This document shows positions 1-10,065 of a DNA stretch of 64,000 nucleotides, piece after piece (position 1 is the stretch's first letter; every line of letters starts with the position of its first letter). Source of the DNA: Candidatus Uhrbacteria bacterium CG_4_9_14_3_um_filter_41_35 (GTDB lineage: Bacteria > Patescibacteriota > Patescibacteriia > UBA9934); NCBI GenBank assembly GCA_002791275.1, contig PFWT01000007.1, forward strand, positions 26,859 through 90,858. The letters are read 5' to 3'. Below the pieces are notes generated by a model. It had not been told where the DNA came from. It did no database searches and worked only from the letters and a program-made list of their open reading frames with translations. Both the position numbers and the translations under genes were made by a program.

Positions 1-796
1 CGCCAGACATATCAATCTTCACTTTTGTCCCCAAACTAGAGCGAAGCTCATCTTCAAGCGCCAAAATATTTGGGTCTTTTTCATTGCTAGCCTTAGCCCT
101 TTTTGATGTAGATCTAACCCTCTCTTCTGCTTCTTTGACCGTGAGCTCTCCAGACAACATCTGGTTAAATAACTCGTGCCGTTTACGCAAGTTATCCTCA
201 CCCAAAAGCGTCTTTGCCTGTGACTTTGAGATATCCTCTTTTTGTAAAGCGTCGAGCATTTCGTCATCAAGCTCGAGTAAACGAATTGTGTTCGCAACTG
301 CCGATCGACTCTTCCCCACTCTCTCTGCCACTTCCTGTTGTGTAAGACTGAACAGATCCGCAAGTGACTTATAGGCTCTTGCCTCTTCAACGGTATTTAG
401 ATCCTGACGCTGAATGTTTTCTATGAGTGCTAACTCCAGCTTTTGCTGATCTGTTGCTGTGCGTACAATCACTGGCACAGCTGAAAGTCCGAGCATTTTA
501 GAAGCTCGCAAACGACGCTCCCCTGCGATAAGCTCGTATCTACCATCACCCACTTCGGTAACCGTAAGCGGTTGCATTATCCCGTGCTCTTTAATAGAGC
601 CAAGCAAATCCTCCAGCGAACTTGGTGAGAAGTACGAACGTGGCTGGTGCGGGTTTGCAACAATAAGTGCTGGGTCAATCTCAGTGATCCCTGAAGACTT
701 AACAATTACATCGGCTTCAGTATTTGGTTCTGGCGCAATTTTTTGTGGAATTAATGCACCGAGTCCTCTACCTAAACCTCCTTGTGGTTTTGTCAT
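1..796 (-). CDS. parB: Chromosome partitioning protein ParB (C-terminus runs off window start)
   Basis: Minus-strand translation from ATG at ~796 gives MTKPQGGLGRGLGALIP...YELIAGERRLRASKMLG, the ParB signature box. It lies immediately downstream of parA. The track ORFs 19..390(-), 84..374(+) and 459..848(+) are other frames across the same DNA. Confidence 0.8.
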   Translation of the reverse strand, partial: MTKPQGGLGRGLGALIPQKIAPEPNTEADVIVKSSGITEIDPALIVANPHQPRSYFSPSSLEDLLGSIKEHGIMQPLTVTEVGDGRYELIAGERRLRASKMLGLSAVPVIVRTATDQQKLELALIENIQRQDLNTVEEARAYKSLADLFSLTQQEVAERVGKSRSAVANTIRLLELDDEMLDALQKEDISKSQAKTLLGEDNLRKRHELFNQMLSGELTVKEAEERVRSTSKRAKASNEKDPNILALEDELRSSLGTKVKIDMSG

Positions 797-802
797 AATA
801 TT

Positions 803-1567
803 TTATAGCTGTTCACGGTTCAAAAACTCGATCGCTAATCTTTCATAAGACTTATTTGCTTTGGAGGTTGGATCGTAGTGCAAAATAGTCTTACCAAAAC
901 TTGGGGCTTCTGCTAAGCGAATACTCCTAGGAATTACTGAGCGAAAGATTTTTTCTGGGAAATGTTTGTAGAGTTCCTGCAAAACTTGGTTCGAAAGTCG
1001 TGTGCGTGCATCAAACATTGTAATCACCGCCCCCATTATTTCGAGCTCTGGTTTGATGGATTGTTTTACTAGCTCAACAGTTTTCATAAGTTGCCCTAGT
1101 CCTTCGAGTGCAAAATATTCTGCCTGTACAGGAATTAGGACCGAATCAGCAGCCACCATACCGTTTATAGCCAGCAGACCAAGGGACGGTGGATTATCGA
1201 TTATAATATAATCATAATTGTTACGAACCTCGAGTAACGCATTGTGGAGTTTACGTTCCCGACTTAGTTCATTAACGAGCTCTACCGAAGCCCCGGCCAG
1301 GTTTGGGTTTGCAGCTAAAACGTGCAAGCCATCGTGATCAGTTTTTTGAACTAGATCAAGCGCACTTTTTAGCCCAGCCATCGCCTCATAAGTCCCTTCA
1401 AGTCCCTGAGTATCTAGTCCAAGTCCACTCGAAGCATTCCCTTGAGGGTCTAAATCTACAAGTAAAACAAATTTTCCCAGATTCGCTAAATGAGCCGCTA
1501 AATTGACGGAAGTTGTGGTTTTGCCCACGCCACCTTTTTGATTAACCACTGATACTACATGTGCCAT
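803..1567 (-). CDS. parA: ParA/Soj chromosome partitioning ATPase
   Basis: Deviant Walker A VVNQKGGVGKTTTSVNLA. The track ORF starts at a TTG at 1621; the internal ATG (MAHVVSV...) at ~1567 fits ParA length better. Confidence 0.85.
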   Translation of the reverse strand: MAHVVSVVNQKGGVGKTTTSVNLAAHLANLGKFVLLVDLDPQGNASSGLGLDTQGLEGTYEAMAGLKSALDLVQKTDHDGLHVLAANPNLAGASVELVNELSRERKLHNALLEVRNNYDYIIIDNPPSLGLLAINGMVAADSVLIPVQAEYFALEGLGQLMKTVELVKQSIKPELEIMGAVITMFDARTRLSNQVLQELYKHFPEKIFRSVIPRSIRLAEAPSFGKTILHYDPTSKANKSYERLAIEFLNREQL

Positions 1568-1624
1568 AATGAGAATATTATAACAAAAAAATGCGCTAAG
1601 CCAAAGCACAGCGCATTTCAAAGT

Positions 1625-2287
1625 CTATCTTTGAACGTGCCTGTACATTAATATTTTTGAGATTGTTATGAGCGGCACTGCAACCACAATCCCGATTATC
1701 GATATCCCTGAAATATAAGAGCCACCAGATTCAACAATTTTCACCAGAAACAGATCCCACTTTGCTCCATTGGTCAATTCCTTACTTTTACTTAGCGCTT
1801 CGATTGGACCCATATTTTTATCAACAACCAAAATTGGTGCCCACATAAACATAAGTCCGAGAACGATCCCAGGAATTATAAAAAACATTATTCCCGCAAT
1901 CACCATTGCAGAGTACAAAAACATCACTGTAAAAAATGAAAAGATTTTTTTGTATTCCAAAAATAAATCCCCCACCTTCGCTTTATCATGATCGACAATA
2001 TTAAGTACTAATTTAATCCAACCAGCCGATATGATCGTTAGCAGCGCAACTAGTGCAATCACCAGGATTGCAGATAGTACAAAGAATGACCAAGCTGGAA
2101 AATAACTTGAATTAACTAGTCCCAACATCAGAGCATACACGGCAAAAACCCCTAAAAAAGAGGCTGAAGTTGCCATAACACTTAAAATTAAGGTAGACCA
2201 ATTGTCTTTAAAGTGACCCCAGGCTTTTCCGAGGATTTTATCGATGTAGAAATTGAAAAATGAATTATTGTATATTTCTTTAGACAT
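1625..2287 (-). CDS. Hypothetical polytopic membrane protein
   Basis: 220-aa ORF with about five hydrophobic helices. No recognisable catalytic motif. Confidence 0.5.
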   Translation of the reverse strand: MSKEIYNNSFFNFYIDKILGKAWGHFKDNWSTLILSVMATSASFLGVFAVYALMLGLVNSSYFPAWSFFVLSAILVIALVALLTIISAGWIKLVLNIVDHDKAKVGDLFLEYKKIFSFFTVMFLYSAMVIAGIMFFIIPGIVLGLMFMWAPILVVDKNMGPIEALSKSKELTNGAKWDLFLVKIVESGGSYISGISIIGIVVAVPLITISKILMYRHVQR

Positions 2288-2410
2288 ACCGCTGTATATT
2301 AATAATTATATGTACTTTGAGTTGTATTAAGTTAATACAATTAAACCATTTTATACCCAAAATAGCCAGAGTGGCTTGACAAATTCCTCTAACTTTACTA
2401 TTATTCTCCT

Positions 2411-2486
<76 letters not shown>

Positions 2487-2488
2487 AA

Positions 2489-2519
2489 AACACACATGAT
2501 TTGCCATGTGTGTTTTTAT
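2489..2519. terminator. Bidirectional intrinsic terminator hairpin
   Basis: acacacatg-atttgc-catgtgtgt followed by TTTTTATTT on the + strand and by a T-run on the minus strand. It sits between the tRNA 3' end and the convergent ABC permease gene. Confidence 0.5.
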
Positions 2520-2531
2520 TTATCCACAAGT

Positions 2532-3767
2532 CTATTCGTATCTAAGCGCATCAACTGGTTCTAGTTTTGCTGCCCGCTGAGCTGGATACAGGCCAAAAAC
2601 CACGCCCACAATAGTCGCCACACCAACCCCCATCAGCACAGCAGTTAACGGGATAGTAGCCATCCAACCATCGACATATTTTGAAGCCACATAACCACCA
2701 CCGAGCGACAATACTGCTCCAAGTAGAACTCCGATTATTCCACCAATCATTGTTAACAAAACTGCCTCAAATAAAAATTGGACTAAAATTTCCTTGTAAG
2801 TTGCACCGACCGATTTTCGTAAACCTATTTCTTTTGTTCGCTCAGTAACTGAAACTAACATAATATTCATAATACCGATCCCCCCGACCACCAGTGATAT
2901 AGCTGCAATCGATGCTAGAAGTATCGAGAGCACATTTCCAACAACCCCAATAATTTCAACAGCATCGCTTTGCGATGACACTAAAAAATCATCTTTCGCG
3001 GTGTCGCCCGCTGGATTATCTAGATTGTGTGAGTCTCGCAAAAGCCACCTTGCTTCGTCTTTTGTGTATTCAATATTACCGTCCTTTGCCCTACCTGTTA
3101 AATAATTCACATAGGTATCCCCCACCAAATCTCGTTGTACAGAAGTAACTGGTAATGCCACCTGCATATCTAAATTCTGAAAAAACCTAGTACCCTGATC
3201 TGCCATAACACCGATTACTCGATAAGGAGTGTTCTTAATCCTTATTCTTTGGCCTACCGGATTTCTATCTCCAAACAAATCTTTGGCAATCTCGCTACCG
3301 AGTACTGCGACTTTTGCACCGGATTCAAAATCGGTTTTTGTAATAAATGAGCCAAGCGCCACATTTGCTGGAAAAATATTCAGGTACTGATCGGTAACAC
3401 CAGCTATTTGTGAAAACTGGCTTTCCTGCTCGAATGTTACGGTTGTTGTAATATAAATACCAGCGTCAACAGCTGAAAAAATACCACTATTAACCCAAGC
3501 TTTGTAGTCCTTTAAATCAATCGTTTGTTCCACAAATGGATCTGGCGGACCACTAGTTGCAGTACCAGAACTCGGCTCTGCAAAAACTAAGTCTGCGCCT
3601 AAATCAGCCACCTGATTCAAAATCAATCCCTCTGCACTTCTACCAATAGAGAGCATCAAAATCACCGAGGAAATTCCAATTACGATTCCCAGAATAGTCA
3701 AAAAAGCCCGCGATTTATTTCTCGTGAGGGAGCTGGCTGAAGTTTCAATTAGGTCGGAAAATTTCAT
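2532..3767 (-). CDS. ABC transporter permease, FtsX/MacB family
   Basis: 411 aa: N-terminal TM, large periplasmic domain, three C-terminal TMs. Lies adjacent to the ATPase and the adaptor. Confidence 0.8.
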   Translation of the reverse strand: MKFSDLIETSASSLTRNKSRAFLTILGIVIGISSVILMLSIGRSAEGLILNQVADLGADLVFAEPSSGTATSGPPDPFVEQTIDLKDYKAWVNSGIFSAVDAGIYITTTVTFEQESQFSQIAGVTDQYLNIFPANVALGSFITKTDFESGAKVAVLGSEIAKDLFGDRNPVGQRIRIKNTPYRVIGVMADQGTRFFQNLDMQVALPVTSVQRDLVGDTYVNYLTGRAKDGNIEYTKDEARWLLRDSHNLDNPAGDTAKDDFLVSSQSDAVEIIGVVGNVLSILLASIAAISLVVGGIGIMNIMLVSVTERTKEIGLRKSVGATYKEILVQFLFEAVLLTMIGGIIGVLLGAVLSLGGGYVASKYVDGWMATIPLTAVLMGVGVATIVGVVFGLYPAQRAAKLEPVDALRYE

Positions 3768-3768
3768 A

Positions 3769-4488
3769 TTATTTTCTAAAACTTTCGGTCCGTCTTTTCT
3801 TTACCAAGGTATCTGAAACTATTTCACCATCCCTAACCCTCACAATTCGCTTCGCAAATTCAGCTGCCTCTTCTTCGTGCGTTACCATTATAATTGTTCG
3901 CCCCTGATCGTTTAGTTTTTGGAAAATTTTAAGCACCTCTAAACCAGAATTTGTATCTAAATTTCCCGTTGGTTCGTCTGCGCAAATTATTCCAGGTTCA
4001 TTCACCAAAGCCCTTGCGATTGCTACACGTTGACGCTCACCCCCTGAAATTGTGTTGGCTTTAAAATCTAAACGATGTTCCATCCCCACTTCTTTTAATG
4101 CCTTGATTGCCCGTTTTTTTCGTTCAATTTTTGGAATCTTAGCGTAGATCATTGGTAGCGACACGTTTTCAAGTACAGTTGAACCAGCAAGTAAGTTAAA
4201 AAATTGAAAGACAAAACCAACTTCATCGCGACGCATCACCGCAAGTTCATCATTAGTTAATTTTGCAACATTTTTTCCTTTAAAATAATATTCTCCTGCG
4301 CTCAGGTGATCTAAAAAACCAATAATATGCATTATAGTTGATTTTCCAGATCCAGACGGACCCATGATTGCCACAAACTCCCCTTCATCAACTTTTAAAT
4401 CAATCGCGCGCAAAACTGAAGTTACCACGTCTCCATTTGTAAATTCCCGCTCAACTTTTTTTAGTTCTACAAAAGGTTTACTTTTCAT
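3769..4488 (-). CDS. ABC transporter ATP-binding protein (MacB/LolD-like)
   Basis: Walker A GPSGSGKST, ABC signature LSGGERQRVAIARAL, Walker B IICADEPTGNLD. The track start is a TTG at 4506; the ATG at ~4488 (MKSKPF...) is preferred. Confidence 0.85.
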   Translation of the reverse strand: MKSKPFVELKKVEREFTNGDVVTSVLRAIDLKVDEGEFVAIMGPSGSGKSTIMHIIGFLDHLSAGEYYFKGKNVAKLTNDELAVMRRDEVGFVFQFFNLLAGSTVLENVSLPMIYAKIPKIERKKRAIKALKEVGMEHRLDFKANTISGGERQRVAIARALVNEPGIICADEPTGNLDTNSGLEVLKIFQKLNDQGRTIIMVTHEEEAAEFAKRIVRVRDGEIVSDTLVKKRRTESFRK

Positions 4489-4489
4489 A

Positions 4490-6325
4490 CTAAAGGATAG
4501 ATACAATTATCTCCTCCCCCTCGTTAAGACCCGACAAAATTTGCACAAATCCACCGTCAGCAAACAAACCAGTAACTACAAGAATTTCTTTATAGTTATC
4601 TTGATCCTTGATTCGAACAACTGTTTCTCCATTATCATTTTTCAATATTGCCCGCCGAGGAATGTACACAGCGTTAGCTAGATTTTCGGTTTCAATTAAG
4701 ATATTTGCCGTCATTCCTGGTTTTAAATCTGTAAGATTGCCAGCGTTCAAAAATATATCTACTTCGTAATAAATAACCCCCTCAATTTCTTTTTGTGCCG
4801 GATTAATTGCGCCAACATAACCATCAAATACTGAACTGTCGGAAAATGCATCAAAAGTTATCTTGACTTTGTCTTTTAGGGAAACCTTTGAAATGTCTGA
4901 CTCCGCTATGTTTGCGACTACTTTAAACTGATCATCATCGGTTGTTTGAACAACAAATACTGGCGTTTGTTGACTCACTTGTTCCCCAACCTTTGCGTTC
5001 ACTGCAGTTACCCTACCACTGATTGGGGCGATAATTTGAGCTTTTTCAAGTCTTGCTTTTGAAGCATCAAGATCAGCTTTAGCCCGGGCCACATCTGCCC
5101 TAAAAGTCGCTAAATCAACAGTTCGTGGATTAGCTTCAATCTCGCCTAGCGAAGCCTGCGCTTTTTCAAGTTCAGCTTTTCTTAAAGTCACACTCGAATC
5201 TGCAATACTGGTATTGCTTAACTGATTAGAAAGTGCTCGCTCGTACGCTTGTTTTGCTTTTGACAGAGCGTTAACAGCGTTGTTTTCTAAAATATTTGCG
5301 TCTAGCGAACTACTTAAAAAATTCTGCTTCACGGTTAAAAAATTTGATTCTTCAGTTTGAATTGTATTTCGCGCCAAGTCAATACTAGCCTTATAACCCT
5401 GCAAATCTGCGGTCGTAAAATCGATCGTGTTTGCTGTTGTCGCGTCAAGAACTTGTCTCGTATATAGAAGCAAAATTGAAGTATTGTGAAGAGCTCCTTC
5501 TACTATTAAAGCTCCGTTTTGAATTTCTTCATCTGTATTGTTAGCCGAGAGTTCAAATACAATTTCCTCCGCCTGATCACGTGATACCTGAGCTGAGCTA
5601 AAAGCGCGCTCAGCAAAACCCAATTTATTTGGATTCAGCGCAGATAGGTAGGGGTAAAAATTAGTGTTAATGATAGTATTTTCAACACCAAGAATTTCAT
5701 CCGCATCTGCCATAGTGCCGCGAACATCTATAATTGCAGATTTAAGTGCGTTTGTATAATTCTCCCGAGCTTCTCTAAGGTTCAAAATATTTTTTGCTTT
5801 AGTATCCTCAAGTTCGCTTTTTGCAGTTTCAAGAGTAACTAAAGCCTCAGACACATTCGATTTTTCGATAATTTTTGTATTTTCAAGATCGGTCTCACTA
5901 GCCTGTAAGTTTGCCTCTGCCACTGAAACACTAGAAAAAACAACGGCAACAGACTCATTAGTAGCTCCGGCCAACTCTTGATTTAACTTAGCGTTAGCAA
6001 TCGCTAGCTGTTGCTCTGAAGCTCGAACTTCAGCTTTTAAATCAGTCGCGGTTAAAACCGCTAGTATATCTCCAGATTCAACGATATCACCCACCTCAAA
6101 ACTAATTCCATCAACCGTACCCGCAGTTTCGAAAGATAAGTCCACTTTTTGTATAGAAGTTAAATCACCAGACGCATCAACGGTTTGCATTAAATCACCT
6201 TTTTGAACCTGATAAAAAATATAGTTTTCTTTCGGATTTTTCTTAAGAGAAAAAATTAACGTAATTGCAATCAAAAATATGATCAGAGTAGCAATCCAAA
6301 ACCATTTGTTTTTTAGTAGCTTCAT
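4490..6325 (-). CDS. HlyD/MacA-family periplasmic adaptor with very long coiled-coil
   Basis: N-terminal TM (WFWIATLIIFLIAITLIF), about 350 aa of heptad-rich Ala/Glu/Leu coiled-coil, and a C-terminal beta-barrel/lipoyl-like domain. The track start at 6457 overlaps a tRNA; the internal ATG at ~6325 (MKLLKNKWFW) is used. Confidence 0.7.
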   Translation of the reverse strand: MKLLKNKWFWIATLIIFLIAITLIFSLKKNPKENYIFYQVQKGDLMQTVDASGDLTSIQKVDLSFETAGTVDGISFEVGDIVESGDILAVLTATDLKAEVRASEQQLAIANAKLNQELAGATNESVAVVFSSVSVAEANLQASETDLENTKIIEKSNVSEALVTLETAKSELEDTKAKNILNLREARENYTNALKSAIIDVRGTMADADEILGVENTIINTNFYPYLSALNPNKLGFAERAFSSAQVSRDQAEEIVFELSANNTDEEIQNGALIVEGALHNTSILLLYTRQVLDATTANTIDFTTADLQGYKASIDLARNTIQTEESNFLTVKQNFLSSSLDANILENNAVNALSKAKQAYERALSNQLSNTSIADSSVTLRKAELEKAQASLGEIEANPRTVDLATFRADVARAKADLDASKARLEKAQIIAPISGRVTAVNAKVGEQVSQQTPVFVVQTTDDDQFKVVANIAESDISKVSLKDKVKITFDAFSDSSVFDGYVGAINPAQKEIEGVIYYEVDIFLNAGNLTDLKPGMTANILIETENLANAVYIPRRAILKNDNGETVVRIKDQDNYKEILVVTGLFADGGFVQILSGLNEGEEIIVSIL

Positions 6326-6381
6326 AGATAAATGAATTATACTCTTTTTTAAGTTATACTTAAAATTTTCCACAAACAAAA

Positions 6382-6407
6382 AACTTCCGAAAATTCGGAA
6401 GGTTTTT
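6382..6407. terminator. Intrinsic terminator hairpin 3' of the tRNA pair
   Basis: cttccgaa-aa-ttcggaag flanked by T-runs on both strands. Confidence 0.45.
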
Positions 6408-6483
6408 GGTGACTGAGGAGGGAGTTGAACCCTCGACCTCGGGCTTATGAGTCCCACGCTCTAACCAACTGAGCTACTCAGTC
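6407..6483 (-). tRNA. tRNA with CAU anticodon (elongator Met or lysidine-modified Ile2)
   Basis: Reverse complement GACTGAGTAGCTCAGTTGGTTAGAGCGTGGGACTCATAAGCCCGAGGTCGAGGGTTCAACTCCCTCCTCAGTCACCA. The 7-bp acceptor stem pairs perfectly and the anticodon loop is CTCATAA. Confidence 0.8.
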
Positions 6484-6515
6484 ATATTTTATTCTACTCT
6501 GCCATTAAAACAGAT

Positions 6516-6600
6516 TGGTGCCGCGGGCGGGAATCGAACCCGCATGGGTTTCCCCACACGATTTTGAGTCGTGCGCGTATACCAGTTCCGCCACCGCGGC
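6516..6600 (-). tRNA. tRNA-Leu (anticodon CAA)
   Basis: Reverse complement GCCGCGGTGGCGGAACTGGTATACGCGCACGACTCAAAATCGTGTGGGGAAACCCATGCGGGTTCGATTCCCGCCCGCGGCACCA. Long variable arm typical of Leu; anticodon loop CTCAAAA. Confidence 0.85.
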
Positions 6601-6704
6601 ATAAAATGTGCGATTAGAATATCAAATATATATGATTTCGTCAACAATTATCTAGTCAGCTAAATCTTTCAATATTTCTAGAAAAATGCTATACTTTTCG
6701 CATT

Positions 6705-7169
6705 ATGACACTAAGTACCCACACAGCCATTGGCGCAATTATTGGCTTTAGCTTCGGTAACCCTATAGTTGGTTTCATTCTTGGTTTTATTTCACATTTT
6801 TTAGTGGATATGATCCCACATGGAGATAGTGAAATCGCAGATCAATACAAGGTTCAAAAAGTAAACGTCAAAAAAATTCTAGCCTACATGATGATCGACG
6901 CCGTAACTGCAATAATTTTGATCGTCACACTTTTTGAAACCCGCTCAGCTGATAATACCGCTGTTCTCGGAGCTTCAATAGCTGGAAGTGTTCTTCCTGA
7001 CCTACTTGTTGGAATTTACGAAGTAACCAAATCTAAATATCTACTTTGGTTCAACAGACTTCACTTCTTTTTCCATGACTACTTCATTATCAAGTATCAC
7101 GACATCAAACTCCCCTACTCACTTCTTGGTCAGTTCATCTTCATCTTCTTGGTTTTTAAGACAATTTAA
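6705..7169 (+). CDS. Small membrane protein, possible membrane-bound metal-dependent hydrolase (DUF457-like)
   Basis: 154 aa, 4-5 TM segments, HFLVDMIPHGD motif. Only plus-strand gene in the first 48 kb. Confidence 0.4.
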   Translation: MTLSTHTAIGAIIGFSFGNPIVGFILGFISHFLVDMIPHGDSEIADQYKVQKVNVKKILAYMMIDAVTAIILIVTLFETRSADNTAVLGASIAGSVLPDLLVGIYEVTKSKYLLWFNRLHFFFHDYFIIKYHDIKLPYSLLGQFIFIFLVFKTI

Positions 7170-7657
7170 AAAAGAACTTCGGACCCCAAACTGCCAATGG
7201 TCATAATCACCCCAGCCACAACCACACCAGAAGCAATCCCGATAAACGCATACTTAACCGGCACCTTGAGTGCAATTGCTGAAAGTGTAGCTGTCCAAAG
7301 ACCGGTTAGTGGCAGAGGTATTGCTGTAAACAGAAATAATGCGAGCGCTCCATAGCGCGCGTATTTTTTTTCAACTTTATTATGCGCCCGACTAACCGCG
7401 TTGTCTATTATTCTAGTGAGCCATGGCGTATGCTTTTTTGATAATTTTCGAAGCTGATCAAGACCATAGTACAGAGGAAAAAATGGAACCAGATTACCAA
7501 GTACCGCTAAGCCAAAAGCATTATAGGGGTTAACTCCCCAGACACGAATCGCCACCGGAATCGTTAGCCTAAGTTCTGTGATCGGAAAAGCTGATAAAAT
7601 AAAAGTTGCAAGTTCCGGTGAGAATTGGGAAAAATATTGAAAAATAGCTTCAGTCAT
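7166..7657 (-). CDS. Hypothetical membrane protein
   Basis: 163 aa with about four TM helices. Confidence 0.45.
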   Translation of the reverse strand: MTEAIFQYFSQFSPELATFILSAFPITELRLTIPVAIRVWGVNPYNAFGLAVLGNLVPFFPLYYGLDQLRKLSKKHTPWLTRIIDNAVSRAHNKVEKKYARYGALALFLFTAIPLPLTGLWTATLSAIALKVPVKYAFIGIASGVVVAGVIMTIGSLGSEVLF

Positions 7658-7662
7658 AAATA

Positions 7663-8646
7663 TTATGGTTTTTGTGGCCAGCTGAAGACCTTAAATGCCC
7701 ACGCAGCTAAACCCTTGGCTTCATTTACTCGCGCATCTTTACTTTCAGCCCCCATCACAACAACGTGCACAGCGTCACCCTCTCGATCAATTGTTGTAAC
7801 TAGAACATAACCCGCCTGAGGCAAATAACCAGTCTTACCACCCACGATTTTGTAGCTACCCTCGTTCAAGTAACTGGCTAATAATTTGTCGGTATTTTCT
7901 ATCGTAATTACCTGACCACTATTTTGAACTATCTGGATCGACTCTGAAGTCATATATTTTTTCAAAATTGACTTCGTTTCCGCAGTCTCAAGAAGTTTTA
8001 TTAGATCAGTTGCGGTCGAGGTATTCGTTGCATCTATCCCCGTTGGGTCTGTAAAAATAGTTGAGTTCATGCCAAAGTCCTTGGCTTTTTCGTTCATCTT
8101 CTGAACAAAAACCTCCTTACTCATTCCCGAAAATCTAGCCAGTGATTCCGTAGCAGTGTTGTCTGAACCTACTAAACTCGCTGCTAAAACATCTTCGAGT
8201 TTTAAAGGATCGTAGAAGGCAAGGTAAATTCTACCTCCGGTCACCAAATCCAAGCTCGGATCTAGTGAAACTAACCGGGTTAGATCTGGTTCAGTGTCTA
8301 GGAACACAAGAGCACTCATAAGCTTCGTAACGCTCCCGATAGGCCTAACGTCATTTGGATGCTTAGCTAGCAAAACCATTCCACTGGCACTGTCTACAAC
8401 AAGGGCGCTATGTGCTGTTGTTACAATACCGTAAGAATCTGTATCAATTTTGACTGGAAAATCTCTTTCAACTCGTTCCTCGGCAATTGGCAAGAAGTTA
8501 GTTGGAATAGATAGTTCTTGACCAGAAAACTGTGCGGACTCAAAACTACCAGCGCCAGCAATCCATTCAAGATATGCAGCGTCAGCAGGTAGTATTTGGA
8601 TCATTGCAATAGCAAAAATCGCTTGTCCGATCAGTTTCATAAGCAT
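7663..8646 (-). CDS. D-alanyl-D-alanine carboxypeptidase (peptidase S11, PBP5/6-like)
   Basis: Signal peptide; the three S11 motifs are present: SVTK (SxxK), SDN and KTG (GGKTGYL). Confidence 0.75.
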   Translation of the reverse strand: MLMKLIGQAIFAIAMIQILPADAAYLEWIAGAGSFESAQFSGQELSIPTNFLPIAEERVERDFPVKIDTDSYGIVTTAHSALVVDSASGMVLLAKHPNDVRPIGSVTKLMSALVFLDTEPDLTRLVSLDPSLDLVTGGRIYLAFYDPLKLEDVLAASLVGSDNTATESLARFSGMSKEVFVQKMNEKAKDFGMNSTIFTDPTGIDATNTSTATDLIKLLETAETKSILKKYMTSESIQIVQNSGQVITIENTDKLLASYLNEGSYKIVGGKTGYLPQAGYVLVTTIDREGDAVHVVVMGAESKDARVNEAKGLAAWAFKVFSWPQKP

Positions 8647-8649
8647 AAA

Positions 8650-9234
8650 CTACTCCTCATCTTCTTTAACCACCTCCTCAGTCTTCTCTCCAACCAAAAG
8701 GTTTTCAAGCATCTGACTAATCTTTGCATTATGGTGTAGACTCTCGTAATCTGGAAGCTCCTCAACACCATGCAAACCAAGGTGGCGTAACATTTCTGTT
8801 GAAAGCGTAAAAACATTTTGCATCCGAATTTCGTCTTCACGTTCCACAATAAGACCGCGCATTAGCAAATTTCTCAAGATTACCGAACAGTTAACCCCGC
8901 GAATATATTCTATTTCTGGCTTTGTCATTGGCCCTCTATAAGCCACAATTGTGAGTGTTTCAAGTTGTGGTTTTGTGAGTTCAGACTCTGTCTCCTCTTT
9001 ACTCATCGAACTTAAGATGTCGGCAAAATTTGGATTTGTACCAAGCTCCACTGCTCCGTTTGCCACAATGACGTGAATACCTGAGGTTTTAATATTTCTA
9101 AAAACCTTTAAGTCATTAATTTCATTTTCAATCTCTGTTTCTTTTAGACCCAAAATCTTCCCGAGCTTATGAAAAGAAACCGGTCTTGCTGATAGTAAAA
9201 GGATTGATTCAATTTTAGCTTGAGTTTCGTTCAT
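8650..9234 (-). CDS. scpB: Segregation and condensation protein B
   Basis: Winged-helix motif LETLTIVAYRGPMTKPEIEYIRGV. Overlaps scpA by 4 nt. Confidence 0.8.
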   Translation of the reverse strand: MNETQAKIESILLLSARPVSFHKLGKILGLKETEIENEINDLKVFRNIKTSGIHVIVANGAVELGTNPNFADILSSMSKEETESELTKPQLETLTIVAYRGPMTKPEIEYIRGVNCSVILRNLLMRGLIVEREDEIRMQNVFTLSTEMLRHLGLHGVEELPDYESLHHNAKISQMLENLLVGEKTEEVVKEDEE

Positions 9235-9935
9235 ATTTTTTCAATTGCAATGTCGTTATCATCTTTTTGTGTAGCTCTAACCACTTGCCGTCTCACAAGC
9301 TCAAGTAAAGCCAAAAAGCTCACTACCACGTCTGGTTTACTTTTTGCACTTCTAACTATTTCTTTAAATGTCATCGAGGCACGGGTAGTAATCACACTTG
9401 TGAGTTCCTTTAACTTTTCTTCGATAGATTGCACCCTCTCGATACTGGCTTGCGACAATGCAAAAAAAGGTGCCAAGCGTTTCAACACCCAACCAAAAGC
9501 TAAATGTAGACTTTCGGCAGTAGCATTTGCCGGAATTACAAAACGTACCTCTTCCTCTTTCTTTTCGATTCTCGATCTTGGCTGTTTAAATATATAACCA
9601 GCTTCCTTAAAACATTCTTCAATGCGCTCCGCAGCTTCAACGAAAATACGATAAGCTCTTAGTTGTTCTTCGAGTGTTGTTAAGCCTTCCTCCTCTTCAT
9701 CGATTCTAAGGTACGGCATTAATTCCCGACTTTTTACGTATATGAGGCGCGAAGCCACAACCAAAAAATCAGCAAGCTCATCGCCTGGGACTTCCGCTTT
9801 ATCAAGATACGCTAAATAATCATCTGCAATCTTTGCAAGCGACACCTCTTTGATTTCCAAGGCCTTTTTATCCAGTAACTCCAGTAATAATCCTAGTGGA
9901 CCTGAAAACGATTCCTGTTCAACAGCGAATGTCAT
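9231..9935 (-). CDS. scpA: Segregation and condensation protein A (kleisin)
   Basis: 234 aa. N-terminus FSGPLGLLLELLDKKALEIKEVSLAKIADDYLAYL is typical of ScpA. Confidence 0.8.
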   Translation of the reverse strand: MTFAVEQESFSGPLGLLLELLDKKALEIKEVSLAKIADDYLAYLDKAEVPGDELADFLVVASRLIYVKSRELMPYLRIDEEEEGLTTLEEQLRAYRIFVEAAERIEECFKEAGYIFKQPRSRIEKKEEEVRFVIPANATAESLHLAFGWVLKRLAPFFALSQASIERVQSIEEKLKELTSVITTRASMTFKEIVRSAKSKPDVVVSFLALLELVRRQVVRATQKDDNDIAIEKI

Positions 9936-10065
9936 AATACAGCCATTTTAGCACAGAATGAATAACAAAAGAAAGTTTGTTTAGCGCGTCTTAACAAATA
10001 ACTCAAGCCTATTTCTAGAGTGAAAATCAAAATACCCTATAATTAGGGTATTTTGATTTCTTGGG

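Noticed and set aside
19-848. Track ORFs 19..390(-), 84..374(+), 459..848(+)
   Set aside because: They overlap the clear ParB reading frame (GERRLRAS box) on the minus strand. They have no recognisable features and are alternative-frame artefacts.
6326-6457. Long N-terminal extension of the HlyD adaptor ORF back to 6457
   Set aside because: The extension runs through the tRNA gene and terminator. The internal ATG at ~6325, just before the TM helix, is the plausible start.
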